Shown here: positions 18,988 to 28,881 of the stretch, in pieces
Layout: the number at the start of each line of letters is the position of its first letter
Numbering within the stretch: position 1 is the first letter of the stretch
Source of the DNA: Candidatus Eiseniibacteriota bacterium
GTDB taxonomy: Bacteria > Eisenbacteria > RBG-16-71-46 > CAIMUX01 > VGJL01
Length of the DNA stretch: 64,000 nt
Assembly: GCA_041946735.1 (NCBI GenBank)
Contig: JBHGAY010000024.1
Location: 6,114 to 70,113 of the forward strand
Direction: 5' to 3'
Made by a program: the position numbers and the translations under genes
The notes under the pieces: generated by a model
What the model saw: the letters and a program-made list of their open reading frames with translations, nothing else
What the model was told of the DNA's origin: nothing
The model's database searches: none

Positions 18988-20409
18988 TCACATCTGCTCG
19001 AGCAGCTCGCGAAGCGCCGGGCCGATGCTCACCTTATATACGTGCGGGTGGAGAAGGCGCCGGGACGTCGGGTGGAGCCGCTCGAGCTGCTCGCGCAGGA
19101 CGCCCCGGATCTCCTGCAGCCCGGGCAGCGCGGTCACCAGACTTCCACGGCGCAGCACCGGCCGGAGCAAAGGCTCGACCCTCGCGACCGGCTCGTAGCG
19201 CTTCTCGAGCTGCGCCAGGATCGGATGACGTCCCACGATCCCGCCGGAAGGATCGGGCGGCGCCGACTCCAGCTCGACCAGATCGCCCATCATGTACCCG
19301 TCGGCGCCGTGCAGGCGGTAGACCTGCTTGATCCCCGGAAGGTTCGACTTCTCGGGCGCGTCGGTCCGTTTGCGCTTCGGAAGCCATGCTCCGGTCTCGT
19401 CCTGGATGGCGGCGAGCTTGTACACGCCGGTCAGCGCGCCGTCCCCTTTGCCGGTCACGATGCTGGTCCCGATTCCCCAGGAGTCGATCGCCGCCCCCTG
19501 CGCCCGCAGATCGTGCACGATCCACTCGTCGATCTCGTTGGAGGCGAGGATCCGCGCGTCCGTGAGGCCGGCGGCGTCGAGCATCCGTCGCGCCTCGCTG
19601 GACAGGTAGGCGAGGTCGCCGCTGTCGAGCCGGATCCCGAGGAGGCGCTCCCCGCGCTCGCGCATCTCGAGCCCGACACGGATCGCGTTCGGGACTCCGC
19701 TCGCGAGCGTGTCGTAGGTGTCGACGAGCAGGACCGCGTCGTCCGGATAGATCGCCGCGTAGGCGCGGAAGGCGGCGATCTCGTCGTCGAATGCCGTGAC
19801 CCAGGAATGCGACATCGTTCCCCGCACGGGAATGCCGAACATCCTTCCCGCCTCGACGTTCGACGTCGCCGCGCAACCGCCTGCGAACGCGGCGCGCGTC
19901 GCCCGGAACCCTCCGTCGGGACCGTGGGCGCGACGCAAGCCGAACTCGACGACGCTCTCCCATCCCGCCTCGCCGCAGACCCGGGCCGCCTTCGTCGCAA
20001 CGAGCGTTTCGAAGTTGACGAGGTTCAAGAGCGCGGTCTCGACGAGCTGTGCCTCGCCGATCGGCGCGGTCACGCGCAGGATCGGGGCCCAGGGGAAGAC
20101 GAGAGTTCCCTCCGGCACCGCATCGAGGTCGCCATGAAAGCGAAACTCCGAGAGCCTCCGCAGGAACGGCTCTCGGAACAGGCCCAGGCCGCGGAGGTAG
20201 GCGATCTCCTCGGGGAGGAAGCGCAAGCCGGTCAGGAAGCGGACGACGTCCTCGAGACCGGCCGCTACTGCGTAGCCCCCCTCGTACGGGAGGCGGCGCA
20301 GGAAGAGATCGAAGACGGCCAGGCGGTCGGGAATGCCCGACAGCTCGTAGCCCTGCATCATCGTCAGCTGGTAGAGGTCGGTGAAGAGAGCGGACGGCTC
20401 GCGCGTCAT
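18988..20409 (-). CDS. pncB: nicotinate phosphoribosyltransferase
   Basis: From Met47: MTREPSALFTDLYQLTMMQGY and the NAPRTase body. Confidence 0.85.
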   Translation of the reverse strand: MTREPSALFTDLYQLTMMQGYELSGIPDRLAVFDLFLRRLPYEGGYAVAAGLEDVVRFLTGLRFLPEEIAYLRGLGLFREPFLRRLSEFRFHGDLDAVPEGTLVFPWAPILRVTAPIGEAQLVETALLNLVNFETLVATKAARVCGEAGWESVVEFGLRRAHGPDGGFRATRAAFAGGCAATSNVEAGRMFGIPVRGTMSHSWVTAFDDEIAAFRAYAAIYPDDAVLLVDTYDTLASGVPNAIRVGLEMRERGERLLGIRLDSGDLAYLSSEARRMLDAAGLTDARILASNEIDEWIVHDLRAQGAAIDSWGIGTSIVTGKGDGALTGVYKLAAIQDETGAWLPKRKRTDAPEKSNLPGIKQVYRLHGADGYMMGDLVELESAPPDPSGGIVGRHPILAQLEKRYEPVARVEPLLRPVLRRGSLVTALPGLQEIRGVLREQLERLHPTSRRLLHPHVYKVSIGPALRELLEQM

Positions 20410-20413
20410 CGTG

Positions 20414-21085
20414 TCAGCGACGCGCGCCGCGCTCGATCGCCCGCTCGAGCGATCCCGAACGCACCCGGGCGACCCCGGCGTCGTCCATCTCGCGCCAGGC
20501 CGCCTGCAAACTGCCATCGAGATCGATCGCCCCGCAAGCATCTTCAACGACGACGGCTTCGAGGCCGAGGCGCCGCGCGTCGATCGACGAGTACAGGACG
20601 CAGAAGTCGGTCGCCAATCCGGCGAGGAACAGCCGCCGGATCCCCCGCTCCCGCAACGCCCCGCCGAGCCCGGTCGGCGTCTTGCGGTCGTTCTCGAAGA
20701 AGGTGGAGTAGGAGTCGATCTCGCGGCGGTATCCCTTGCGCACGATCATCTCTGCGCGGGTCGCTTCGAGCATCGGATGGAACTCGGCCCCCGGAGTCCC
20801 CTGCACGCAATGGTCCGGCCACAGGACCTGCTCGCCGTACGGGAGCCGGATCGTCTCATACGGGTCGCGGCCGTGCTGCGAGGCGAAGGAAACGTGGTCG
20901 CGCGTGTGCCAGTCCTGGGTGAGGATGACATGCGGGAAGATCGCGATCAGCCGGTTGACGACCGGAACGATCGCGTCCCCTTCGGGAACGGCGAGGGCGC
21001 CACCCGGACAGAAGTCGTTCTGCACGTCGACGACGAGAAGCAGGTCGCCGTCCTCGATCCTCGAGGTGTCGGATCGCACGCTCAT
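20414..21085 (-). CDS. pncA: nicotinamidase/pyrazinamidase (isochorismatase family)
   Basis: LLLVVDVQNDFCPGGALAV, the catalytic Cys in TDFCV, and metal-site DWH...H. Adjacent to pncB. Confidence 0.8.
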   Translation of the reverse strand: MSVRSDTSRIEDGDLLLVVDVQNDFCPGGALAVPEGDAIVPVVNRLIAIFPHVILTQDWHTRDHVSFASQHGRDPYETIRLPYGEQVLWPDHCVQGTPGAEFHPMLEATRAEMIVRKGYRREIDSYSTFFENDRKTPTGLGGALRERGIRRLFLAGLATDFCVLYSSIDARRLGLEAVVVEDACGAIDLDGSLQAAWREMDDAGVARVRSGSLERAIERGARR

Positions 21086-21236
21086 GACCCGATCCTAACG
21101 TTTCCGCTCCGGCAGGGGGGACACTGCTCCGGCATCCGGGAGGACACCGGACGTCCTGCCGTATCCGTGGTGACGGCAGCGGGCGCGCGGTCCGGCCGCA
21201 CGCGGGCACCCGCGATCCTCGCCCGCCGGCGCGCGG

Positions 21237-21689
21237 CTACAGAGCGGCGAGCACCTGGTCGACGTGCCCGTCGACCTTCACCTTCCGGAACGCCTTCTGG
21301 ATCTTCCCCGTCTCGTCGATGACGAAGGTCGATCGCTCGATCCCCATCGATTTCTTCCCGTAGAGCGTCTTCTCTACCCACACGCCGTACGCCTTTGCGA
21401 TCTCGTGATCCGGATCGGAGAGCAGGGGGAAGGAGAGGTCGAACTTCTCCGCGAACTTCGCGTGCGAGGCGGCGCTGTCGGGGCTCACGCCCAGAACGAC
21501 CGCCCCCTTGCGCTTGACGCGGGCGAGGTTGTCGCGGAAAGCGCACGCCTCTCGGGTGCACCCCGGCGTGTTGTCCCTCGGATAGAAGTACAGGACGACC
21601 TTCTTGCCGCGGAAATCGCGCAGCGACACGCTCTCCCCCGATCCGGTGGCGGCGGTGAAGTCGGGCGCCTTGTCCCCCTCGCTCGGCAT
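21237..21689 (-). CDS. bcp: peroxiredoxin (Bcp-type thiol peroxidase)
   Basis: KAPDFTAATGSGESVSLRDFRGKKVVLYFYPRDNTPGCTREACAFRD matches the Bcp active-site region. Confidence 0.85.
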   Translation of the reverse strand: MPSEGDKAPDFTAATGSGESVSLRDFRGKKVVLYFYPRDNTPGCTREACAFRDNLARVKRKGAVVLGVSPDSAASHAKFAEKFDLSFPLLSDPDHEIAKAYGVWVEKTLYGKKSMGIERSTFVIDETGKIQKAFRKVKVDGHVDQVLAAL

Positions 21690-21908
21690 CGTCTTGCCTC
21701 CTTCCTGCTTGCCGCGCGTCCGGACTCCCCTCGCCGGCCGGCGAGCGCCCCGGGCGCAAGGGACGAAGGTGCGGGCGAGGGGGCGGCTCTGTCAATCCCG
21801 CGCCGCGCCCTTTCCCGGCACGACCGGCCAAGGTAGACTCGGGCGGTGTTTTCGGAGCGCAGGCGGCGCGGGCGCCTGCAGGCGTCGGAGCAGCGAGGAG
21901 GGAGTCCG

Positions 21909-24701
21909 ATGACCGAGGGATCGAGGAGCGGCGGGAGCAGCGGGAGCGGCCGAAGCGGCGAAGAGAGGATGGTCTGCGGGCACCGGCGTTTCGCCGCCGG
22001 AAAGTGGACGCTGCGCGAGGAGACGCCGAAGTACGCGCCCGATCGCACGTGCGACGTCGAGCATCTGCGCCTCGAGGCGACGGTCGATCTGCCGGGGCGG
22101 CATCTCGACTGCGTCTGCAAGCAGCGCCTCCGCGCCGCCTACGGCCCGTTCGACTCGATCACCCTCGACGCCGTCGACCTGAAGATCCGTTCCGTCCGCG
22201 ACGGTTCCGGGCGCGATCTCTCCTACAGCTACCTCGACCGCAAGCTGACCGTCCGCTTCCCGGAAAAAGTGGCGGAGAGCGCGGAGCTCGAGATCTCCTA
22301 CGAGGTGGACCATCCGGTCCTCGGGCTCTACTTCTTCGGGCCGACCGAGGACGAGCCGGAGGCGACCTTCCAGCTCTGGAGCCAGGGGGAGGACGAGGAG
22401 ACGCGCTTCTGGATCCCCTGCCATGACGCGCCCCACGAGCGGATGACGACCGAGATGGTGATCACCGTCGAGCCCCGCTACACCGTCCTCTCCAACGGCG
22501 CCTTGCAGGAGGTCACGGAGAACGTCGGGCGCAAGACATTCCACTGGCTCGAGTCGGTCCCGCATCCCTCCTACCTGATCACGCTCGTCGTGGGCGAGTT
22601 CGTGCGGGTCGTCGACGAGTGGAACGGCGTCCCGGTCGACTACTACGTCGAGCCGGGCCGCGAGGAGGAGGCCCGCCGCTCCTTCGGCAAAACTCCGCGG
22701 ATGATCGACTTCTACTCGCGCAAGTTCGGAGTTCCGTACCCGTACGAGAAGTACAGCCAGGTGGCCATCCGCCACTTCCACTTCGGCGGGATGGAGAACA
22801 CCTCCGCGACGAGCCAGACGGACGGCACCCTCCACGACGAGCGGGCGGCGCTCGACTTCACGAGCGACGAGCTGGTGTCGCACGAGCTGGTCCACCAGTG
22901 GTTCGGAGACCTCTTGACCTGCAAGTCGTGGGCGCATGCGTGGCTCAACGAAGGGTTCGCGACCTACTTCGAGGCGGTCTGGAAGGAGGAGGATCTCGGG
23001 CGCGAGGAGTTCGACTACGAGATGCTGGCAAACGCCGCCTCGTACATGAGCGAGCCGTACCGCCGTCCGATCGTGACGAATCGCTACGCCTATCCGCACG
23101 ACCTCTTCGACATGCACCTCTATCCCAAGGGCGGATGGGTCCTCCATATGCTGCGCCGGCGCATCGGCGACGAGACGTTCTGGAAGGCGATCTCGCTCTA
23201 CACGAACCGTCACGCGCGCTCCGGCGTCGAGACGATCGACCTGATCCGCGCCTTCGAGGACGCCTCGGGGAAGAACCTCGCGGGTTTCTTCGACCAGTGG
23301 GTGATGAGCCCGGGCCACGCGGAAGTCGAGGGCTCCGCCGAGTGGGACGCCGAAGGCAAGCGCGTCAAGGTGGCGCTCAAGCAGACGCAGAAGACCGACG
23401 ACGGCACGCCCGTCTTTCACATTCCGGTCCGCATCGAGTGCCGCACGAAGTCGGGCGGGACGGTGGGCCAAACATTCGAGATGGATCGCGCCGAGCAGAC
23501 CTTCTATCTCCCGAGCGACAGCGAGCCGGTCTCCTTCGTCATCGATCCGGAGCTGGCGGTCCTCGCCACGTGGAAGGTGACGCGGCCGGTGGAATGGATC
23601 GAGGGAACGCTGCTCGGGGACGCGCGCGATCCGCGCGTCGCCGCCCGCGTCGAGACGGTGCGCCAGCTTGCGGAGAAGCCAACCTACAAGGGGGAGGAGA
23701 TTCTCGGACGCGTTCTGCGCGAGGACCCATTCTGGGGCGTGCAGGCGCAGGCGGCACGTGCGCTCGCCCGCACCCGCACCCCGCATGCCCGGCAGATCCT
23801 GCTCGAGGCCACCGGCCTTCCGCATCCCAAGGCGCGGCGGGCCGTGGTCGAGGGGCTCGGCGCCTTCCAGTCGGCCGACGTCGCCCGCTCGCTCACCCGG
23901 ATCATCGAAGAGGGAGACCGGAGCTACTTCGTCGAATCCGCCGCCGCCTCCGCTCTGGGCGCGACCCGGCAGCCGGGGGCCGTCGAGACGCTTCGCCGCG
24001 CCCTGGGCAAGCGCACCTGGCACGACCTCCTCACCTTGGGAGCGGTGGAGGGGCTCGCGGCGACACGGGACGAGTCGGTCGTCGAGAACCTGCTCGCGGT
24101 CGCGAACGACCGCCGGCGCTACTGGAGCTGCCGCCTCGCCGCGATGCGAGGACTCGCGAATCTCGGCGCCGCCCGGCCGCAGCTCGCGCCGCGCATCGCC
24201 GAGGAGCTGATCCGCTTCCTCGAGGATCCCGAGCGGCTGATCCTCGAGCGCGTCCGCGGCCCGATCGTTCAGCTCGGACACGAATCGGGCGTCGCGGCGC
24301 TGCACCGCGCCGCATCGGCGACTCCCGATCCCCGCATGGCGAACGAGTACCTGATGGCCGCCGAGGAGCTGGCCGGCGGACGCAAGCGCGGCGAGGACAT
24401 CGACCGGCTGCGCGACGAGCTGCAGAAGGTGCGCGACGAAGCGAAGGAGATGCGCGAGCTGCTCCACGCCCTGCAGCAGAAGGTGGACGGCCAGACGCCG
24501 GAAGGAACCGGCGGCGGCAACGGAGCGCGCCCGCGCGCGGCCGCCAAAGAGGCCACCAAAGAGGAGAAGCGTCGCCGTCCGGAAACCGCGCCGGCGAAGA
24601 CCAGCAAGAAGAAGACCGCGGCGAAGGGGACGAAGGCAGCGCCGAAGCTACCCGCGACCCCGCGCCGTGGCGACGTTCCGAAGGAGCGCAAGCGGCGCTG
24701 A
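21909..24701 (+). CDS. pepN: M1-family aminopeptidase N with C-terminal HEAT/ARM repeats and a Lys-rich tail
   Basis: From Met22 (GGAGGGAG Shine-Dalgarno): GGMEN exopeptidase motif, HELVHQWFGDL...NEGFATYFE zinc site (HExxH...E), then PBS-lyase/HEAT-like repeats. Confidence 0.85.
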   Translation: MTEGSRSGGSSGSGRSGEERMVCGHRRFAAGKWTLREETPKYAPDRTCDVEHLRLEATVDLPGRHLDCVCKQRLRAAYGPFDSITLDAVDLKIRSVRDGSGRDLSYSYLDRKLTVRFPEKVAESAELEISYEVDHPVLGLYFFGPTEDEPEATFQLWSQGEDEETRFWIPCHDAPHERMTTEMVITVEPRYTVLSNGALQEVTENVGRKTFHWLESVPHPSYLITLVVGEFVRVVDEWNGVPVDYYVEPGREEEARRSFGKTPRMIDFYSRKFGVPYPYEKYSQVAIRHFHFGGMENTSATSQTDGTLHDERAALDFTSDELVSHELVHQWFGDLLTCKSWAHAWLNEGFATYFEAVWKEEDLGREEFDYEMLANAASYMSEPYRRPIVTNRYAYPHDLFDMHLYPKGGWVLHMLRRRIGDETFWKAISLYTNRHARSGVETIDLIRAFEDASGKNLAGFFDQWVMSPGHAEVEGSAEWDAEGKRVKVALKQTQKTDDGTPVFHIPVRIECRTKSGGTVGQTFEMDRAEQTFYLPSDSEPVSFVIDPELAVLATWKVTRPVEWIEGTLLGDARDPRVAARVETVRQLAEKPTYKGEEILGRVLREDPFWGVQAQAARALARTRTPHARQILLEATGLPHPKARRAVVEGLGAFQSADVARSLTRIIEEGDRSYFVESAAASALGATRQPGAVETLRRALGKRTWHDLLTLGAVEGLAATRDESVVENLLAVANDRRRYWSCRLAAMRGLANLGAARPQLAPRIAEELIRFLEDPERLILERVRGPIVQLGHESGVAALHRAASATPDPRMANEYLMAAEELAGGRKRGEDIDRLRDELQKVRDEAKEMRELLHALQQKVDGQTPEGTGGGNGARPRAAAKEATKEEKRRRPETAPAKTSKKKTAAKGTKAAPKLPATPRRGDVPKERKRR

Positions 24702-24723
24702 GATCCGCCGCTCCGGCGGTCTC

Positions 24724-25980
24724 CTACTTCGTGAGGCTCGGCGTCCGCAGGACGTAGCCGTGCGCGTCGCGCGGTAGCTTCTCGATCAGATCGAGGCTCG
24801 GGCCGCCCAGGACCGACGCGAAGCCGAAGCGGTCGCGTACGCGATCGAGGCCCGCCTCGAGATCGGCTTGGCGCGTCGCCGCGCCGGCGTCGAGCAGGTC
24901 GAGCTGCTCCCCCGCCGCCGGTCCGAAGTGCGAAAGCTCGACCCCGACATTGCGGACGGCGGCCCGCCTCGTGAACAGCTCCTCGAGCAGCCGCATCGCG
25001 CGCGCGTAGAGCTGCGCATCGACCGCCGTCGGCGACGGGAACGAGGAGGCGCGCGCGCACGCCTCCCCATCGTTGTAGCGGAGATGGACGCGGACCGTCC
25101 GGCACGCGAGCCCGAGCCGCCGCGTCTCTCGCCCCGCCCGGCTGGTCAGGTAGTGGAGCATCGCGGCCAGCTCGCGTCTCTCGATCGTCGGATGATGGAA
25201 GGTCGTCTCCCGCCGCACCGAGCCCGGGATTTCCCGCGCCGAGACGACCCGAGTGTCCCTCCCCCACGCCCGCTCCCACAGCGCGTGCCCGAGCGAGCGG
25301 CCGAACAGGCCGTGCAACGCCTGCTCCGGAAGCTCGCGAAGCTGCGCGACGGTGCGGACGTTCAGCCGCTCGAGCACCGGCCCGACGGCATGCCCGATCC
25401 CCGGCAGATCGCCGATCGGGCGCGAGAGGACGAACTCCTCCTCCGCCCCGGGCGGCAGCAGCCCCAGCCCATCCGGCTTCACCGTCTTCGTCACCATCTT
25501 CGCGATCATGCGGTTGGAGCCGATGCCGATCGAGACCGGCAGGCCGGTCTCCTCACGGATGGCCACCCGCAGCGCGGCTCCGGCGCCGCCGAAGCTGCCG
25601 TGCAGCCTCTCCGTCCCGCTCAGATCGAGGTACGCCTCGTCGAGGAACGTCTCCATGGAAGGCGCGAAGCGCGCGGCGATCTCGAAGATCCTCTCCGCGA
25701 AGCAGCGGTAGATCTGCGCGTGGCCGTCGAGGAAGACCGCTTCGGGGCAGAGGCGGCGCGCCTGCGCGAGTGGCATCCCCGCCTTGCAGCCGCGCCGGCG
25801 CGCCTCGTAGGAGCAGGAGGCGATGACGCCGGCGCCCACGATGACAGCGCGCCCGCGCAGCCTCGGGTTACGGAGCTGCTCGACCGACGCGAAGAAGGCA
25901 TCGATGTCGACGTGCAGGATGGCGGGGTGGTCGCCCCAGGCGGCGGGGGACGGCTCGACGGTCCGCGGCGCGCTCTGCAT
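24724..25980 (-). CDS. dinB: DNA polymerase IV (Y-family)
   Basis: ILHVDIDAFFASVEQ, SCSYEARRRG, SIGIGSNRMIAKM and FVLSRPIGDLPGIG are the Y-family palm/finger motifs. Confidence 0.85.
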   Translation of the reverse strand: MQSAPRTVEPSPAAWGDHPAILHVDIDAFFASVEQLRNPRLRGRAVIVGAGVIASCSYEARRRGCKAGMPLAQARRLCPEAVFLDGHAQIYRCFAERIFEIAARFAPSMETFLDEAYLDLSGTERLHGSFGGAGAALRVAIREETGLPVSIGIGSNRMIAKMVTKTVKPDGLGLLPPGAEEEFVLSRPIGDLPGIGHAVGPVLERLNVRTVAQLRELPEQALHGLFGRSLGHALWERAWGRDTRVVSAREIPGSVRRETTFHHPTIERRELAAMLHYLTSRAGRETRRLGLACRTVRVHLRYNDGEACARASSFPSPTAVDAQLYARAMRLLEELFTRRAAVRNVGVELSHFGPAAGEQLDLLDAGAATRQADLEAGLDRVRDRFGFASVLGGPSLDLIEKLPRDAHGYVLRTPSLTK

Positions 25981-26060
25981 GACGCTCTCCTCTCGTGTGC
26001 CGGCCGGATCGCGGCTCCACGGGAGGAAGGTACCGAACTGTCGTTCGTGTCGTCAAGGGG

Positions 26061-27161
26061 TCACGCGCGGATCGTCCTTCCGGCACGGGCGACGGCCGAG
26101 GGGCTCGCCGGCAGGGCCGCGGCCGCCGCCTCGAGTGCCCGCCCGACCGTGACCGAATCGGGCGCCGCGAGAAGCAGCATCTCGCGATTCCGCAGGTGGG
26201 AGACCTCGCCCACCCGCTCCCCCTTCGGGTTGTAGATGCCGATCCGGGCGCCGACGTAGCGGCGGTAGTCGACCTCCAGGCACCCGACCGTTCCCCACCG
26301 CGCGAGCCTCCTCGCCACCTCCCCCGCGTCGAGGTACCCCTCGTCGTTGCAGGAGAAGAGAACGGTCCGGGCGCGCAGCCCGTCGAGGAGGTCGTCGAGC
26401 GCGGGGGCGAAGCCCCTACGCGAGTTGTAGGCGCTCTTGTTCTCACGGCAGTCGACGCGCTTGCAGGCGACGCCGTAGACGGCGGGACGGTCGTTGCGGA
26501 CGAGTGTCTCCCAGACGTGGTAGTTGCCGAAGAAGGAGTGCTGGTTGTAAGGCGGATCGAGATAGGCGAGGTCCTGCTCGGGCAGATCGCGGACGAGCGC
26601 GTTGGCGTCGCGCCGGCTCACCGTGCCGGTCCCCGGCAGCAGCCGCGGCATCCGAAGCTCGAGATCGGCGAGCGCCCGCGGCGCCCACCGCTTGAGGTAC
26701 GCCATCTGCAGACCGGTCGTCGAATCGACCCGGTCGGCCGCCTCGAGGAGGCTCGTCAGCGCGATCGCCCGCAGATCGCCGGCGAGCCGGAGGGCCTCGA
26801 TCTCCTCGCGGATCGCGTCGATCCTCGCCCCGTTCTTCGGATGGAAGTAGCGCGACCGCACGCAGAACGTCTCGGTGAAGTAGCCGGCCCGCGGCGGCAG
26901 CGAGGAGAGATGCGCGAGCAGCTCCTGCGCCTCGGCGACGGGAATCGACCGCGCGTCGGCCCGGACGTAGCACTCCGCCAGCACTTCGCTATAGCTCGCC
27001 GTGTCGTTCGCATGGACGGTGAGGCCGCATTGCTTGAGCGCCTGCGACACGCGCGTCGTTCCGCAGAACGGATCGACGGCCGTGGCGGCGCCGGGCAGGG
27101 AACGAGCCACCGCGGCGATGGCCGGGACGAGCAGCCGCTTCGACCCGATGTACTTGATCAT
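26061..27161 (-). CDS. D12-class (Dam-like) N6-adenine DNA methyltransferase, orphan
   Basis: MIKYIGSKRLL (Y-G-K N-terminal motif), VDPFCGTT (AdoMet motif I) and LAYLDPPY (motif IV DPPY) in alpha-class order. No restriction endonuclease gene adjacent. Confidence 0.75.
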   Translation of the reverse strand: MIKYIGSKRLLVPAIAAVARSLPGAATAVDPFCGTTRVSQALKQCGLTVHANDTASYSEVLAECYVRADARSIPVAEAQELLAHLSSLPPRAGYFTETFCVRSRYFHPKNGARIDAIREEIEALRLAGDLRAIALTSLLEAADRVDSTTGLQMAYLKRWAPRALADLELRMPRLLPGTGTVSRRDANALVRDLPEQDLAYLDPPYNQHSFFGNYHVWETLVRNDRPAVYGVACKRVDCRENKSAYNSRRGFAPALDDLLDGLRARTVLFSCNDEGYLDAGEVARRLARWGTVGCLEVDYRRYVGARIGIYNPKGERVGEVSHLRNREMLLLAAPDSVTVGRALEAAAAALPASPSAVARAGRTIRA

Positions 27162-27487
27162 CGGCCTTGCCGTCCCGGCTCGAGGGCGGCGGCGAGACGG
27201 AGCCGCAACGCCTCGGGCGCCAGCCCCTCGATCTGTGCCGCCTTGTCCCGGGAGGTCTCCCCCGCCGCGATCGTCACAGCGGCGGCCGGAAGGCCGAGCG
27301 CCCCGGCGAGAAGCGCGCAGATCGCCCGGTTCGCGCGTCCCTTCTCCGGCGCCTCTCTCACCTGCAGCTTCAGCGCATCTCCGTGGACTCCGAGGAGCGC
27401 ATCGGTCGCCGCCTTCGTCTTCACGCGGAGGCGCAGCCGCGCGCCTCCCTCCACGGGGTGGATCGACAGGCAGGAGAGATCGATCAT
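27158..27487 (-). CDS. DUF167 (YggU-family) protein
   Basis: 109 aa, LRLRVKTKAATDALLGVHGDALKLQVREAPEKGRANRA resembles YggU. ATGA overlap with the methyltransferase start. Confidence 0.55.
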   Translation of the reverse strand: MIDLSCLSIHPVEGGARLRLRVKTKAATDALLGVHGDALKLQVREAPEKGRANRAICALLAGALGLPAAAVTIAAGETSRDKAAQIEGLAPEALRLRLAAALEPGRQGR

Positions 27488-27591
27488 CGGCTGCAGTCTA
27501 GCGGCGCGCTTGCCGCCCCGCCACCGCTCTCCGGCCGCTCCGGCGCAGCCGTTCGCCGATGACGCCGCCGCCCCGTGTCAGGAGCCGCTCT

Positions 27592-28041
27592 CTAGTTCCC
27601 GCCCTTCGGGATGATGGAGATCCCGCCGTTGCTCTCGAGCACCGCCCAGCGGATCTGGTCGAGCCTCTCCAGCCCTTGCAGCTTCCGCGCCGCCGCAAGG
27701 ATGTCGGTCTCGTCGACGCGCGCCTTCCGCATCCGGTCCTCGAGAAGCCTGCCATCGTCGACCAGGATCGTCGGCACCCCTTCGAGCACCTTCTGCACGC
27801 CGCGCCAGCGCCGCTTCGCGCCGGAGAGGAGCACGTCGGTCCCGACGAGCGTGAGGATCACGATCATGGCGTTCGTCATGGAGAAGTCCCGGCCGATCAT
27901 CGCCTGCTGCGTCGCCTCGGCGATGATCAGGATCAGCACGAAGTCGAAGCTCGTCATCTCCGAGAGCGTCCGCCGGCCCGCCAGTCGGAAGACGACCATC
28001 AGGAAGACGTAGATCCCGAGCGGCCGCAGCAACGACATCAT
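27592..28041 (-). CDS. DUF421 (YetF-like) membrane protein
   Basis: 149 aa: two N-terminal TM helices plus GRRTLSEMTSFDFVLILIIAEATQQA and a DUF421-like C-terminal domain. Confidence 0.55.
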   Translation of the reverse strand: MMSLLRPLGIYVFLMVVFRLAGRRTLSEMTSFDFVLILIIAEATQQAMIGRDFSMTNAMIVILTLVGTDVLLSGAKRRWRGVQKVLEGVPTILVDDGRLLEDRMRKARVDETDILAAARKLQGLERLDQIRWAVLESNGGISIIPKGGN

Positions 28042-28151
28042 CGCCTGCCTCCCCCTCGTTTTTCGCCGGCGCTATCGCCCGCGCTATCGCCCGCGTGCGC
28101 TCGCGGCTTCCGGCTCGCCGCTTCCCCCTCGGACGGCTCGCAGCTCGCATC

Positions 28152-28670
28152 TCACGGGAGGATCCACAGCCGGATCGTCACCTCGTCGCCGGCGCCGTCC
28201 CAGGCCGGGACATCGAACCGGCCGGTGCGCCGCACAAGCGCGTCGACGGTCACCGTCAGGGGCTGCTCGGCGTCGCCCAGCGAAAACGCGTAGACCATCC
28301 CTCGTCCCGAAAGCTCCGTGCGGACAGGCTCGGGCGTGATGCGATCGATCTGGAACAGTTCCGAAAAGCGTTCCCCGATCACGATCTCCGGCTCCTCGTC
28401 GACGGCCGCGTCGGGACTCAGATGGAACCGGAATGTGGCGGGAGCGGAGGCGCGCAGGACCTTCTCGTGCTCGACCCACAGTCCGCTCTCGCGGGAGCCC
28501 GCCACCGCATGGCTGATCGGACCGTTCCCGAAAAGTCCCGCCAGGGCGGCGAGCAGGGCAAGAGCGCCGATCGCCCAGGCGATCCGCTCCGCGCGCCAGG
28601 TCTTCTTCTGGAACGAGAGGTCTTCGTCGATCGAGAGAGACTCGATCTGCTTTGCGCCGCCGTCCGACAT
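28152..28670 (-). CDS. hypothetical single-pass membrane protein (172 aa)
   Basis: C-terminal 172 aa of the track ORF from Met (MSDGGAKQIESLS..). Has a TM helix WAIGALALLAALAGLFG. The upstream Arg-rich part is spurious. No family recognised. Confidence 0.4.
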   Translation of the reverse strand: MSDGGAKQIESLSIDEDLSFQKKTWRAERIAWAIGALALLAALAGLFGNGPISHAVAGSRESGLWVEHEKVLRASAPATFRFHLSPDAAVDEEPEIVIGERFSELFQIDRITPEPVRTELSGRGMVYAFSLGDAEQPLTVTVDALVRRTGRFDVPAWDGAGDEVTIRLWILP

Positions 28671-28881
28671 GCCGCTCCGCTTCCCGGCCGCTTGCACATT
28701 TCGCGCTCTCCGGTTGGTACTTGCACCGTAGGGACGGCGGCGCCGCTCCGTCAACCGGCCCCCGACGTCAAAAGCGTCACTTGGAACGTGTCGGGACCCG
28801 CTACGATGGATCCAACGGCGCTCGCCGCGGCGCCGCCATTGGAGTCGCGGCCATCCGTCCGGCGGCGTCCGCCACGACGGG